From Bugula neritina (taxonomy: Eukaryota; Animalia; Bryozoa): 64,000 nt of DNA. The notes below the pieces were generated by a model. The model did no database searches, had not been told where the DNA came from, and saw nothing but the letters and a program-made list of their open reading frames with translations. Position numbers and translations under genes: made by a program. The DNA lies in the NCBI GenBank assembly GCA_964035545.1, contig OZ037766.1, positions 1,798,001 through 1,862,000 of the forward strand. The letters are read 5' to 3'. Shown piece after piece: positions 1-14,100 of the stretch. Every line of letters starts with the position of its first letter. Position 1 is the first letter of the stretch.

Positions 1-159
1 GCTAGTTTAAAAAATAACATGTGGCTCAAAATTTCATTGCTGTTTCAATTTTCACTCTTTAAACGATTATGCTAGCTCAATGCTGGACATGGTATATCTG
101 TATAAATTTTATTTTTTGCCATATATGTGTAGCATGCGAAATATATGTATATGGTGTAC

Positions 160-162
<3 letters not shown>

Positions 163-215
<53 letters not shown>
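163..215. repeat. (TA)n microsatellite
   Basis: Pure TA run; explains the spurious IYIYIY ORFs. Confidence 0.95.
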
Positions 216-217
<2 letters not shown>

Positions 218-376
218 GTATTTAGTATACAGTATATTTATATATGCTGTACAATATATTTGTATATATAGTACACCATATATTTAGGATTGTTAATATT
301 TTGTTATCTTTTACTTGTTTTTAGCTGCTGTCACTAAAAGATTGCTTTGTACACACTTAAAGTAGACACTGTCAGC

Positions 377-2799
377 ATGTCACAAACTGCAGTCAGTAAA
401 GGAGCTGAGGTTGAAAAGGTTGCCATGGCTAAACACGCTGCCGATGCTCCCAAAACAGCTGCTGAAACCTCTAAGATGGCTACCGGTGCTGACCAATCAA
501 CTAAGAGCGTGGAGAAGCCAGACGAGGTCATCACAGCAGTTTTAGACTCATGGATGGTAGGTGCTGTTTCAACATTCAATGACTTTGCTCTTTCAGTTCG
601 TCTGTAAATTTTTAGCATGATGAGACAAATCCTAATTATGTGTGTTTTCAAGTCGTGCAAAAATAAGCTCACAGCATACATCACACATATTTGTTTAGAG
701 ATAATTGTTTCTGGGTTGCAGGTTCGTCCATGTGTTGTGTATGAGGAAGAATATAAAGAATGCAACAGTGAGTTGGCTACTTAATATATGCTATATGCTA
801 TATATAGGCTACTGTATACTGTATATGCTGTATAGTGTATGTTATATGCAGATGTACTGCATGCTGTAATATATAATATGTACTGTATACTATATATCAA
901 TAATTATACTTTATACTATTTATATTATAGTGATGCTGTATAGTATATATTATAAATATACTATACACATGTATATTATATAGAAAGATTCAAAGTATTT
1001 ATGTTGTAGTAGCAACTACACTGGGGTTAATATTTCCTTCCTTTCTATCTGACTAAATTCATACTGAAACAGTATTGTTACCGCGTTACACACTTTACCA
1101 ACATGTGTTGGACTTATAAACACTACGAGTTTATTTATGGCTCTATGCTATAATGCTGCTCTTCATGGAGGCCATGAATACTTGACGATTGCATCAATTT
1201 TAACTGATTCTCATAGTGAGTAATAAAATACTGTATCTAATGAAGTACTCATATTCTGGTAGGAAGTTGATGACAAACTTGGGTTTTGTTCAAATCTCAA
1301 AGCTTGGTGGTGAATAATTATATAAGACTGTCCTTTTACACTTACCTGTACATATGCATACGTACAGTCCTATTGTACTTACCTGCACATATACATACGT
1401 ACAGTTCTACTGTACTTACCTGTAAATATGTGTATGTGAACGCGACAGGTGTGAGCGGCAGGTTCCACCAGAGATACGTACACGGTGAAACACTTGACTG
1501 TAATAAATGGTACAATGATTGGAAATCCTGTCAAAAATATGCAACTACCAAAGATCCTAAATATCTGGTAGGTAAAGGTCTTTGCTAGCCTGCAGCTGCC
1601 ATATTGCTCTTTAATTGGTGACAGGTGTATTGTAGTAGTGACAGGTGTATTGTAGTAGTGACAGGTGTATTGTAGTAGTGACAGGTGTATTGTAGTAGTG
1701 ACAGGTGTATTGTAGTAGTGACAGGTCTATTGTAGTAGTGACAGGTGTATTGTAGTAGTGACAGGTCTATTGTAGTAGTGACAGGTGTATTGTAGTAGTG
1801 ACAGGTGTATTGTAGTAGTGACAGGTGTATTATAGTAGTGACAGGTGTATTGTAGTAGTGACAGGTGTATTGTAGCAGTGACATGTGTATTGTAGTAGTG
1901 ACAGGCGTATTGTAGTAGTGACAGGTGTATTGTAGTAGTGACGGGTGTATTGTAGTAGTGACATGTGTATTGTAGTAGTGACAGGTGTATTGTAGTAGTG
2001 ACAGGTGTATTGTAGTAGTGACAGGTGTATTGTAGTAGTGACAGGTGTATTATAGTAGTGACAGGTGTATTGTAGTAGTGACAGGTGTATTGTAGCAGTG
2101 ACATGTGTATTGTAGTAGTGACAGGCGTATTGTAGTAGTGCCAGGTGTATTGTAGTAGTGACGGGTGTATTATAGTAGTGACATGTGTATTGTAGTAGTG
2201 ACATGTGTATTGTAGTAGTGACAGGTGTATTGTAGTAGTGACAAGTGTATTGTAGTAGTGACATGTGTATTGTAGTAGTGACATGTGTATTGTAGTAGTG
2301 ACATGTGTATTGTAGCAGTGACATGTTTATTGTTTTGTTTTGTCGCTAAGTTTTATAGAAAATTAAGATTAGGTAGCTGATTTCCTAATCAATTAGATAA
2401 TCTCAAATATCAGCGCATATAATCCCACAACCTGGTGAACATAGCTTGACACAACCAGTTACTCCTCTCACCACGTAATCCTATGAGAGGTCTGCAAATC
2501 TTCTGGAAACACCACCAGTTTTTCTGTTATGTTGTTCATCTCTTGACCTTGACCTAGCTAACTGCCTGTTCCATTGTGTGTAGGAGCCAATCATCAGTCA
2601 GGAAAAGGAGCGGCGGGCAGCGAGACTTCAGTCAGCGTCAGCGAATACTCTGTGGGAGTACCGTACAGCGCCCCCTACCGACTGGGACTCTCATTTACCC
2701 ATTGATTTGAAGAACAATAACACTGAGTTTTTGAAGTACGAGAATAACGACTCCAAACTAGTGAAGTCACTTTATAAATCTCGGTGTACAATTATGTAG
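377..2799 (+). CDS. C22orf39: UPF0545/C22orf39 (PANTS, DUF3128)-like protein, 4 coding exons (377-556, 722-767, 1449-1567, 2584-2799)
   Basis: GT-AG introns in consistent phase. Spliced protein ...VRPCVVYEEEYKECNSVSGRFHQRYVHGETLDCNKWYNDWKSC...EKERRAARL...WEYRTAPPTDW matches the family pattern (RPC-x-Y..E...C; H.YVHGE...C..W..D...C; W..R..PP.DW). Confidence 0.85.
1617..2325 (+). repeat. 20-bp minisatellite (ACAGGTGTATTGTAGTAGTG)x~35, intronic
   Basis: Direct reading; explains the periodic minus-strand ORFs at 1585-2324. Confidence 0.95.
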
Positions 2800-3437
2800 C
2801 CTTAGGATTCACTATTGGTGGTGCAAGGTTGGGGCGATACTGTAAGGTGTGTAAGGTACCAGTGTGTACAGGAAGTATAAAGTGTTGATAATGTACAGTT
2901 GTGAAGGCAGAACACAGCTTGGCACCAATACTATGGGCAGGAAATTCATGAAACAAACAGCTGTGATGTCATTATGAGTCATTCTTTAATTTACTAAAAG
3001 ATTTGTTCCTATTGAGAATTGTCTTCCTTCTGAGCTATGCCTAATGGAATTTTGAGTTTACATAAATATATCAATTAACTTATTCTGCTGGCTGTTTTAG
3101 CTCTATCTATTTTGTATAAAATACGTTTTTCATTTTAATAAACTTGCAGTTTTTTTTTACATACATTCCAATATTTTACAATGTTTGGTTATTGCTATTC
3201 TTCTAAACTTAAGGAAGATTTTTTATCTGAAGAACTTGTTGAGTATATTTATTGAGTTATGAAGGTGGCTTAAGATGGTTGTAAGTTGGGAACTCTGCAG
3301 GTGTCATGCCACTAAGCAAGCACTTGTTGAGTAATGTCAGTGGTGACAAGCACTTGGTAATCTTGTCAGTGATAAACTGACATCCTGTATGCTTATAACC
3401 AGTCATTAGTATTCCACATGATCATTTTGCAACAACC

Positions 3438-6400
3438 ATGGAGTTTAACAAGTCACTCTTGGTTCTCTCTTTAATGGTCGCAGCTTCTTTTGCTGCAAAA
3501 GCATTTGAAGGGTAAGAATTTTCTCTTATTTGTTTCTCTTCCTTGCTAATGCTTATTAGAAATTTTATACTGTCTTGTAAGTTACAATTATAAACTTTTT
3601 GCAGATAAAAAAAAATATATATATATATATTATTGAATTATTGGGCCAGAAGAAATTACCTCAATAAATTTTATCAACGAACCTCATCCAAGTTTTGAGT
3701 TTTAATAAAATTTTGCTTCCAACAAACATTTTCACCTTTGATAACAGTTTATTTCATCATAATATTCTATGTAGTGTATTTTTACTGTTTCTTCATTTCA
3801 GAGAGCAAGTTTTCACCATTACTCCTAACACAAAGGAACAATTGGCTTTACTTCAAAATCTTGAAAAAAGCAGTGTAAGTAATATTATTATTATTATTGT
3901 GCCAAAAATGATGTGAGTTTCTCATGTCTTCTGTATGCAAGTTATTTCTGATTTATCAACAGTTTGTCAGATGCTCCCTTTAGTGTGTGTCTTCTGCTAA
4001 TATACTTTTCTGCCTCTTCAAATCTTCTAATCATATTTGTTGCAGATATTCGTTATTAAGTTTTTTGTTTTCTGTCTTCTGCTGGTGTCCAATGCAGATA
4101 TCTGTCTGGATCGAATGTTTATATATCAAACTGATTGCTACAGGAAGTTGACTTCTGGACACACCCCTTCCGAGTCGATCAACAAATCAATGTTAGGATT
4201 GCTGCCGCTCATCTACACGAGGCGAAAGAATTCTTAACTTCTAATGGAATTCACTTCTCTGTAAAAATTGCAGATTTACAAAAGTTGGTATATTTTGTCT
4301 TAAATTAATGTTTTACCTCTAACTTTCGAAATATGTTTTCTTTAATTTAATTCTGAACATAGCAAGCATATTTGTCAGACATTTATAACTTTAATTGTAG
4401 TTTGAAAAACTTTGAAATCAATTAAAAGAATGTTTGATGTCCAGGGAAAGTTTCTTCAATGATCAGTTTATTAGGCATTTGCATTACATTTGAATCTTTA
4501 GCTCCATCTGCCACCTTGATTATCTAAAACTTCAGTTCCTATTTTGGAGTATATGCCAACAGGCTTTTTTATAACTCTAATTATTGCATGAAAAGTTACA
4601 GCAAATTAAGTAAAGCAGCATTAATCCAGCCAAAATATATTCTCCCAATTTTGGCCAGTATATTTCTAAAATTGACACGAGTTATGATCAAACTATGGAT
4701 CCAACACTCAAACCATTACACTTCTCTTTCTTTTGACATCTTTTGTTTTTTAATATTCAAATATCTGGTATTATTCTCCAATTCAAATATTATAATTAAT
4801 TGTTTTAAATATGTTTCAATTCGTTAGCTTCATCTATCTAACACTAGCATAAAATAAACTTTAATTTATCATGCTGTAAATATACAATAAACATGTAGGC
4901 CTAACTATGCTGAATATTCATGCTATGGAGGCACAACTCCACTTACTTCCATGTCACTCACACCAAGTGGCTTCTGGGCTCTCAGTTACACAATTTCTGT
5001 ACCCTCAGAGTGCTAAACGCTGAAAAAGATGTTAGAGCGAGCCCCTTTGGCTCTAAGCTCAGAACCCCAGATGTGTTGACAAGGTACGGCACCCAGCCCG
5101 AGATCGCTGCCTGGTTAGAGGTCATAGCCTCTGAATGCGGCAGCAGGTGTACTCTGATGCCTTTTGGTGAGCAGAGAGTGAAATTCTTGTAATAGACCAT
5201 GTAATGTGATTGGTTGTTTCTTTAACTCAGGTGATATGATTGGTTGATATTTCAGAGGCATATTGTAGGTGTGTCTGTGGAAGGGAGAGAGATGAAAGTG
5301 ATAAAGATCACGTCTGGTTCCTCTACCAACAAGCCAGCTGTGTTTGTGGATGGGGGAATACATGCCAGAGAGTGGATTTCCCCCGCGTTTGTCAACAACA
5401 TGATTCATAAGGTCTGAGGCTAAGTATTTTCTGGAGGCTACATTTCCTGTAGTAAAGTTGCCTCCTATTCAAAAAGCTCACGGGAATGGTTAGCCATTTT
5501 GATTTTTAACTTTCTCAAATGCAAGAGCTAACTTTGCAAGTATGTCTACACAATAGTTGTGTGTTGTAGTTTGTGACAGAGTACGGCATTGACAGAGAGG
5601 TCAATGAGATGCTGGACAATTATGACTGGTACATCCTTCCTCTTCTTAACCCAGACGGATATCAGTATTCACATGACTCTGTAAGTATATTGTATATGCA
5701 GTGTGTATGATATATGCAGTGTGTGTATTATATGGTGTAAGTATATATAGTGTGAAAGTGTATATATAACATATTCAAATGTAAGTATATATTATACATA
5801 CACCAATGGCCTTTACTGGGTTCGAACCCATAACCTTCATGTTTACTAGGCAAACGCTCTAATCCCTAGACCACGGCTGCCCCTTACTTCTAACTTTTAG
5901 CTAAATGTTTCAAAGTCTATTTCCTGTTTCAGGATCGTATGTGGCGCAAAAACAGAGCTACTAACAATGGGATAGAGTGCATGGGAGTAGATTTAAATAG
6001 GAACTTTGGCTACAGGTTTGGAGGTGAGGCTATACTTTATAAACTTTACCCACTGCAGTCATAATATTATGGCTTGCTAACATTATGTTATCCTATACGC
6101 TATATAATGTTATAATATAATATACACTATGTTATACTATACTATATTATTATATTACAATATACACTATGCTTTACTATACTATATTATTATATTACAA
6201 TATACACTATGCTATACTATACACTAGGCAGTATTATATTATAATATACACTATGCTATACTATACACTAGACAATATTATATTACAATATACACTGTAT
6301 TATGCTATAAACTACGCGTCATGTTAAACTCTACACTTGGAGTTGTCTCACCAATGCAGGAGAAGGAACTTCCGACAACCCTTGCAGCGAGATCTATCAC

Positions 6401-9400
6401 GGGGGAGAGGCATTCTCGGAACCCGAAAGTGAGGCTCTGAAGGATTTCCTCGAGAGAATTATCGACCTTGAAGTGTACCTGACGTTTCACTCCTACGGCC
6501 AGTACATCCTGTTTCCTTGGGGATATGCTGCAGTCGACGCTCCTAACCACGACGATTTGGTTAGTGTGTCCGACTAGTAGTGTGCTGCTACAATGTCATC
6601 TTTACTAGTAGTGTGGTGATACAATACCATCTTTGCTATTGAATTGTTCTACTGTAATTTTATTGTTACTAGTAGAAGTGTCCTGCTACAATGTCAAGAT
6701 TGCTAGCAGAACTTGTACTGCTGCAATGTCAATATTATTAGTACAAAGTGTGCTGCTGCAATGTCATTGTTACAGGAGAATGGATTACTGCAATGTTAAC
6801 ACATTTAAACTCTAATTTGTAGATGGAAGTGGGCAATGCCGCTGCTAATGCCATCACCAATGGCAGACGATGGAGAATTGGAAACGCAGCCAAGTTACTC
6901 TGTATGTAGAATATAATATATCATCAGATACGTTACTCTGTATGTAGAATATAATATATCATCAGATACGTTACTCTGTATGTAGAATATAATATATCAT
7001 CAGATACGTTACTCTGTGTGTAGAATATAATATATCATCAGATATGTTACTCTGTATGTAGAATATAATATATCATCAGATACGTTACTCTGTATGTAGA
7101 ATATAATATATCATCAGATACGTTACTCTGTATGTAGAATATAATATATCATCAGATACGTTACTCTGTGTGTAGAATATAATATATCTTCAGATATGTT
7201 ACTCTGTATGTATAATATAATATATCATCAGATACGTTACTCTGTATGTAGAATATAATATATCATCAGATACGTTACTCTGTATGTAGAATATAATATA
7301 TCATCAGATACGTTACTCTGTATGTAGAATATAATATATCATCAGATACGTTACTCTGTATGTATAATATAATATATCATCAGATACGTTACTCTGTATG
7401 TAGAATATAATATATCATCAGATATGTTACTCTGTGTGTAAGATATAATATATCATCAGATATGTTACTCTGTGTGTATAATATAATATATCATCAGATA
7501 TGTTACTCTGTGTGTATAATATAATATATCATCAGATACGTTACTCTGTATGTAGAATATAATATATCATCAGATAGGTTACTCTGTATGTAGAATATAA
7601 TATATCATCAGATACGTTACTCTGTATGTAGAATATAATATATCATCAGATACGTTACTCTGTATGTAGAATATAATATATCATCAGATACGTTACTCTG
7701 TATGTATAATATAATATATCATCAGATACGTTACTCTGTATGTAGAATATAATATATCATCAGATACGTTACTCTGTATGTATAATATAATATATCATCA
7801 GATACGTTACTCTGTATGTAGAATATAATATATCATCAGATACGTTACTCTGTATGTATAATATAATATATCATCAGATACGTTACTCTGTATGTAGAAT
7901 ATAATATATCATCAGATATGTTACTCTGTATGTAGAATATAATATATCATCAGATATGTTACTCTGTGTGTATAATATAATATATCATCAGATATGTTAC
8001 TCTGTGTGTATAATATAATATATCATCAGATACGTTACTCTGTATGTAGAATATAATATATCATCAGATAGGTTACTCTGTATGTAGAATATAATATATC
8101 ATCAGATACGTTACTCTGTATGTAGAATATAATATATCATCAGATATGTTACTCTGTGTGTAGAATATAATATATCATCAGATATGTTACTCTGTATGTA
8201 GAATATAATATATCATCAGATATGTTACTCTGTATGTAGAATATAATATATCATCAGATACGTTACTCTGTATGTATAATATAATATATCATCAGATATG
8301 TTACTCTGTGTGTAGAATATAATATATCATCAGATATGTTACTCTGTATGTAGAATATAATATATCATCAGATACGTTACTCTGTATGTAGAATATAATA
8401 TATCATCAGATATGTTACTCTGTATGTATAATATAATATATCATCAGATACGTTACTCTGTATGTAGAATATAATATATCATCAGATATGTTACTCTGTA
8501 TGTAGAATATAATATATCATCAGATACGTTACTCTGTATGTATAATATAATATATCATCAGATACGTTACTCTGTATGTAGAATATAATATATCATCAGA
8601 TATGTTACTCTGTATGTAGAATATAATATATCTTCAGATATGTTACTCTGTATGTATAATATAATATATCATCAGATATGTTACTCTGTATGTAGAATAT
8701 AATATATCATCAGATATGTTACTCTGTGTATAGAATATAATATATCATCAGATACGTTACTCTGTATGTATAATATAATATATCATCAGATATGTTACTC
8801 TGTGTGTAGAATATAATATATCATCAGATACGTTACTCTGTGTGTAAGATATAATATATCATCAGATATGTTACTCTGTGTGTAAGATATAATATATCAT
8901 CAGATATGTTACTCTGTATGTAGAATATAATATATCATCAGATATGTTACTCTGTATGTATAATATAATATATCATCAGATATGTTACTCTGTATGTAGA
9001 ATATAATATATCATCAGATACGTTACTCTGTATGTAGAATATAATATATCATCAGATATGTTACTCTGTATGTAGAATATAATATATCTTCAGATATGTT
9101 ACTCTGTATGTATAATATAATATATCATCAGATATGTTACTCTGTATGTAGAATATAATATATCATCAGATATGTTACTCTGTGTATAGAATATAATATA
9201 TCATCAGATACGTTACTCTGTATGTATAATATAATATATCATCAGATATGTTACTCTGTGTGTAGAATATAATATATCATCAGATACGTTACTCAATCCC
9301 TACAGATCCGTCTGCGGGCGCATCTGACGACTACGCCTACTCTATCGGCGCCCTCTACTCCTACTGTATAGAGTTGCCTCCCCGTAATGGTAACGGCTTC

Positions 9401-9499
9401 ATCCTCCCCGAGTCAGAGATACCAGGAGTTGTGTCCTCTGTGTGGAATGGGGTCAAGGCCATGATTCAGACAATCACGGAGAAGGAACAGCTGAGTTAG
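3438..9499 (+). CDS. M14A metallocarboxypeptidase paralog 1, carboxypeptidase B-like (signal peptide, prodomain, catalytic domain), about 10 exons
   Basis: Signal peptide MEFNKSLLVLSLMVAASFA; prodomain EVDFW; motifs GGIHAREWI, NPDGY, RMWRKNR, GVDLNRNF, FHSYGQ, YPSAGASDDYAY, ELPP. Approximate exons 3438-3511, 3802-3874, 4144-4282, 5009-5167, 5269-5411, 5570-5680, 5933-6023, 6359-6559, 6823-6901, 9306-9499. Confidence 0.92.
5801..5883 (-). mobile_element. tRNA-Thr(AGT)-derived SINE head
   Basis: Reverse complement GGGGCAGCCGTGGTCTAGGGATTAGAGCGTTTGCCTAGTAAACATGAAGGTTATGGGTTCGAACCCAGTAAAGGCCATTGGTG has A box, B box (GGTTCGAACCC) and a CTAGTAA anticodon loop with imperfect stems; a second copy is at ~49168. 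Confidence 0.75.
6110..6305. repeat. Degenerate ~40-bp AT-rich tandem repeat, intronic
   Basis: Repeated TATTACAATATACACTATGCTATACTATAC-like units. Confidence 0.7.
6894..9295 (+). repeat. 38-bp minisatellite (GTTACTCTGTATGTAGAATATAATATATCATCAGATAC)x~63 filling the last intron of carboxypeptidase 1
   Basis: Direct reading; the first unit overlaps the exon end and GT donor at 6901/6902. Confidence 0.97.
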
Positions 9500-10948
9500 T
9501 AATATTATATAGTATGACAGTAATAATCTAGTAACATTAAGCTATATTACAGTAATATATACAGTAATATATTGCGTACATGTATAGCATATTATGCTGT
9601 TTAGTTAATAATATGTATGATAATATACTAGACATAATAATAGTAGCACTATGCTGTATAGCCACTGTATAGTTGATAATTTGCTTTACTCTGTCGAGTG
9701 TTGTCAGTAGAAATACTCTCTTTATATAAACCTCTGCCTGCACAACACTTGTATAGTAGCCCTGCCAGTTTGACTCTGAGTTCACTGCCGGCAGCGTCAG
9801 CCATTCTGTCAGCTCTTAGTACTTTATTGACCTTATATTTAGTAGTCAGCATAGGGTCTGTCTGTTACTTAACATGCTGTCAGAGTGAAACGGAGTTTAA
9901 TATATCTTCTTGGGGTTAGAAAACAAGAGAAGTCAACTGATTATAAGTTGTTAGTAGTTATATTTTAACAGACCAGTTGTGGAGATAGCAGACCGTTTTG
10001 GTCATGATTCATTCTGGTGCAGATAGTAAAAAAAAAATTCTGTAAAGTACAAAAATAATCTGCCATGTATTTGTAATATCTTATAATTTAGTTTATAGAT
10101 AACAATAAAAATATTGTTTAATGCTAATTGAAAACATTTATACAAAAAAGAGAAAATATAGGATCTTTGCAATATTTCGGTCACATTCTAGTTGTCAGTA
10201 ATGCTTTTCTTTTATTTTTATAGTGTTTGAAATAATTGATATTCAACAAACTATAGCATATTATAAACTTCATTTGTTACGATGTTAGCATCTTTTAATG
10301 TTTGATTCGTCTTCTCATGATTAGGAATATTGATAAAAAGGGGATTTCCAACTAGTAATCCAATTTCTAATAAACTATACTTTGTAAATAGTATACATTT
10401 CAATGCTTGTATCTTCATTTTGCTAAGGTGTGCTGGACAAGTTTCATTTTAGGTAACTTTTTTCAAGTAGTTGCACTTGAGTTGCTTGCTTAAAGCTTAG
10501 AGGTGAGATTGGTTCTTAAATGCAAGTCAGTTTGCTTAATTTAATTTTGTTTCAATCATTATGTTGTGTCGTGTTTATTTCAGAGCAAAATAAAATGCGT
10601 CCGCATCTTCGCATGCCCCGAAAGCTGCAAGAGAAAGTCATGAAGAACCCACAGGCTAATTGGAAACCTGAATATCTCTAAAATAAAGATGACTTTTTGA
10701 AATATGCTGCATTTCAGCTGTAAACAACAGATTCACAATAAATAATATACGAGCCAAGATCAACATCTTCTCTTTAATTGGTTAAAGCTATCAATTTGAA
10801 TAAGTCCTTTGATTAAAGTAAACATATGACTCACAATATATTTGGTAGACACTTATTTCAATGAGATAATAAGTTAAACAGATTGTTCACCTACAATTCA
10901 GCTTATTTGAGTTCACAATAAATTAACTTTTCATTACGGGGATCAGGA

Positions 10949-11048
10949 GATGCAGCGCAAAGTTTGGGGTCACTGAGTGTAGTTTTTGTATAGATATAAT
11001 TCAAACCCCAAGCTATAGACTGGGTGACCCCAAAGTTTGTGCTGCATC
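10949..11048. repeat. 100-bp inverted repeat (MITE-like hairpin)
   Basis: GATGCAGCGCAAAGTTTGGGGTCAC ... GTGACCCCAAAGTTTGTGCTGCATC: 25-bp arms with 2 mismatches. Confidence 0.75.
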
Positions 11049-11194
11049 AAGCGATTTCTTCTAGTTGCTTAAATTCTTAGAAGGAACTTTATTTTTAAAT
11101 GTGATTACCCTTTTGACCAATCACGTGACATGTATACTAAAGCAGACAGATGCAGCAGTAGGCGCTTGCTAACCTGTGTCAGTCACTCAGAGTC

Positions 11195-14100
11195 ATGGCG
11201 TTTAGTGAGGTAATCTGTCTCATTTCTCTCCTGGTTTCTCACTCAATAGCTCTTCGTTCATACAGGGGGTAAGTTTTCTACTTATGGAGTCTCCAACTCA
11301 CAACTCTGTTGTAACTGTAAACTGGTTGCAACAATTAACTAAATAGTTTTAATAGTTTGAAGTAGGCATTAAAAGTTGAGCTATTGGTTTTGGCAACATA
11401 AAAGGTTGAAAAACATTGAAGAACGTGAAATGCAGACGCTGTATGCTTACGGCTCTTATCTATGCTGCAGCGATACATTTTTTCAAATCTTATATTAATG
11501 GTTTTAGTTTCTTAACGGTACAAATATAAAAACTATATTTTGTAAAAGTGAGTTGAAATTTCTATCTAATAATTATATAAAATAGTAGAAGGAATAAAAT
11601 TTTAAAGCACGCTTATTAATGTGACACAAGAAATTCGCTCAACAGTTTGCTTTATGCAGTTATTGAATTCGAAAAGTAGTTGCAGTAGTGAATACAACTT
11701 CACAATTCCCGTTCTTATGGTTACATGCAAATTTAATTCCTAGGTACTCCATAAGCTGCTCTGTTATTGTATAGAACCAGTGAAATAATTGTTTTACAAG
11801 AGAATGAACTCTGCATGTCACAGCTTAACTCATTCTAATATTTCATTTTTGCATATTTTTACTTTCTTGTAATAAGTAGTGTTTATTACATTCCAGAGTT
11901 GCTAATAAGCCCTGCAATTTACATCAACAGTATGACATATATATTATTTCACCAAAATAGTGACTTTCTACAGCATGGGTGAGATAGGGTGAGATATAAA
12001 TATTATTTCAGTGATCAAGTGATATCTACAGTAGCTCATACTAAGTTACAGTTGAACTACCTTCATATGCTAGAGACCTCATTGGTGAGTGCTTTTTACT
12101 TTCTACCTGAAAAAAAAATAACTATCCAAGTCATTTTATTTTCAGTTTCAGTTTGCTTGCCATTGGTATAACATATAATGTTTTAAATTTCAGGAAATCC
12201 ATCCATTTCACTGGAATAGAAGGTGTACTCTTCAAATAAATAATGATATCTTACATCATATGATGCTACATGTACATATACTTTAAATCCATCTTCAGAG
12301 TTTCTGTGTTGCAGGGTGTAGATTTCTGGTCAGAAGTAGAGAGCATTGGCCAGAATGTAGACATACATGTGAAGGCTGATACAGTAGATAGAGTCAAACG
12401 GGATCTCTCTTCAAATGACCTTGAGTATAATGTCAGCGTATCAGACTTGCAAAGGTAAGCAAATGTTTGAAATTAACATCCAAAATTGTTTCACCATTTT
12501 TTCAAGCTGTAAATGGATCTTTGTCTGAAGGAACCGATTTTTTATCTTTATTAATTTTAGTTCAACCAATGACTATAATTATTATTTAAAACTCATATAG
12601 CTGGTGGCTGTAGAATTATGTTTTAGTGTGTATATATAAACCTTGCTAACTAGTTAGATAGTACAGAGAGAGTGTGAAAGCGTTATATGCATACAACATT
12701 AGCTTTTTCGCTAAACGCTTGTATAGCAGCAATGCTCTAATACAACTCGTGATTGTACTACACTGGCCTATACTATCAACATGAGTAGGTAAAGACACAG
12801 TTGTAGTTAATGTATAAAACTTAGTACAGTAACTGAGTACACAGTGAAGTACAGTAACTGAGTACACAGTGAAGTACAGTAACTGAGTACACAGTGAAGT
12901 ACAGTAAATGGGTACACAGTGAAGCATAGTAACTGAGTACACAGTGAAGTACAGTAACTGAGTACACAGTGAAGTACAGTAACTGAGTACACAGTGAAGC
13001 ATAGTAACTGAATACGGTTTCATAGTTTGGTAAACAAAGAGAAAGATGTTCAACTGAAGGTCAACAACACTTCAGATGAAGCAGACGTGTTGAGAAGTTA
13101 TGTCACCCACCCTGTGATGGATCACTGGCTAGAGAGAATGGCTAGCGGGTGCGGTGATAGGTGCACCCTCATAAACATTGGTAGGTCAGTTCTGGCAACT
13201 CAAGCTAAATTCTAGTGGGTAATGGTGTTATTTAATTATGTAATATATTATATAATATAATTATAGTCTGCTTATACCCCCCTTATTTTTCATACCTAAT
13301 ATGTTATTATATCTTGTTTGCAACAAGCACAGTCTAAATATAATGAAATTCTGAACTTATCACATAAGGCTAGTTATAGTGATATACTTCATTTCTTGCT
13401 ACTCAGTGTTTACATTAAATATGATAGTAATATGTTTAACAGGAAGTAATGAAACCTATGACAGATATTTGCTATAATAGTAATATAATTTGTGGAAGGG
13501 GAGGAGATTTCTCCATCTCCATTTTCACTCTGTCTGTGGGCTAATAGTAGCTTAGATTGAAATACTATGTCATATGGCGGGAAAGTTGTGTGACAGCAAT
13601 ACAGTCCAAAGTTTGTAATACCTTCTACTGTAGCAAAACTCTGTGAACATCCCACTCTTTGCTTTTTACAGCATTTGTAAAATATCTTAGCAGCAGATGA
13701 GTGTATTCTATTTATAGCTTGTCGAACTTTCATATTCATCTTATAAACATTTGCTAGAAATTAGATTTATATATTTAAAACAATTTATCAGCTTTATTTA
13801 TTGTCAATTTCTAGTAACAATTTTTAATAATAACTTTTTATGAAAATTATTGAACTTGAATTAATCTACAAGTCAAGAGTGTTTTTCCTTATAATTGTTT
13901 GTTAAACATTGTAATATATTATTATATATATTGATACATGATGCCAAATCATACTCCCCTGGTAATAAGCATTATCCATTTCCTTTATAATATCTTCATT
14001 CTTACTTTAAATATTTTCATTTCTGTCCCAAGTGAGCAGTTTTCTAAGAATATTATGTGAATCAAAGTTGTTTTCAACCAGTCAGGCGGATGATTAGAGT

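Noticed and set aside
334-765. 143-aa minus-strand ORF
   Set aside because: Antisense shadow of the first coding exon of the C22orf39-like gene.
1585-2324. Long periodic minus-strand ORFs (LLQYTCHYYNTPVTTT...)
   Set aside because: Translation of the 20-bp intronic minisatellite.
5801-5883. Functional tRNA-Thr gene
   Set aside because: Acceptor and anticodon stems do not pair well, and a second decayed copy shares downstream sequence, which fits a SINE.
6894-9295. CRISPR-like regular array
   Set aside because: Head-to-tail repeats without unique spacers, no cas genes, eukaryotic intron.
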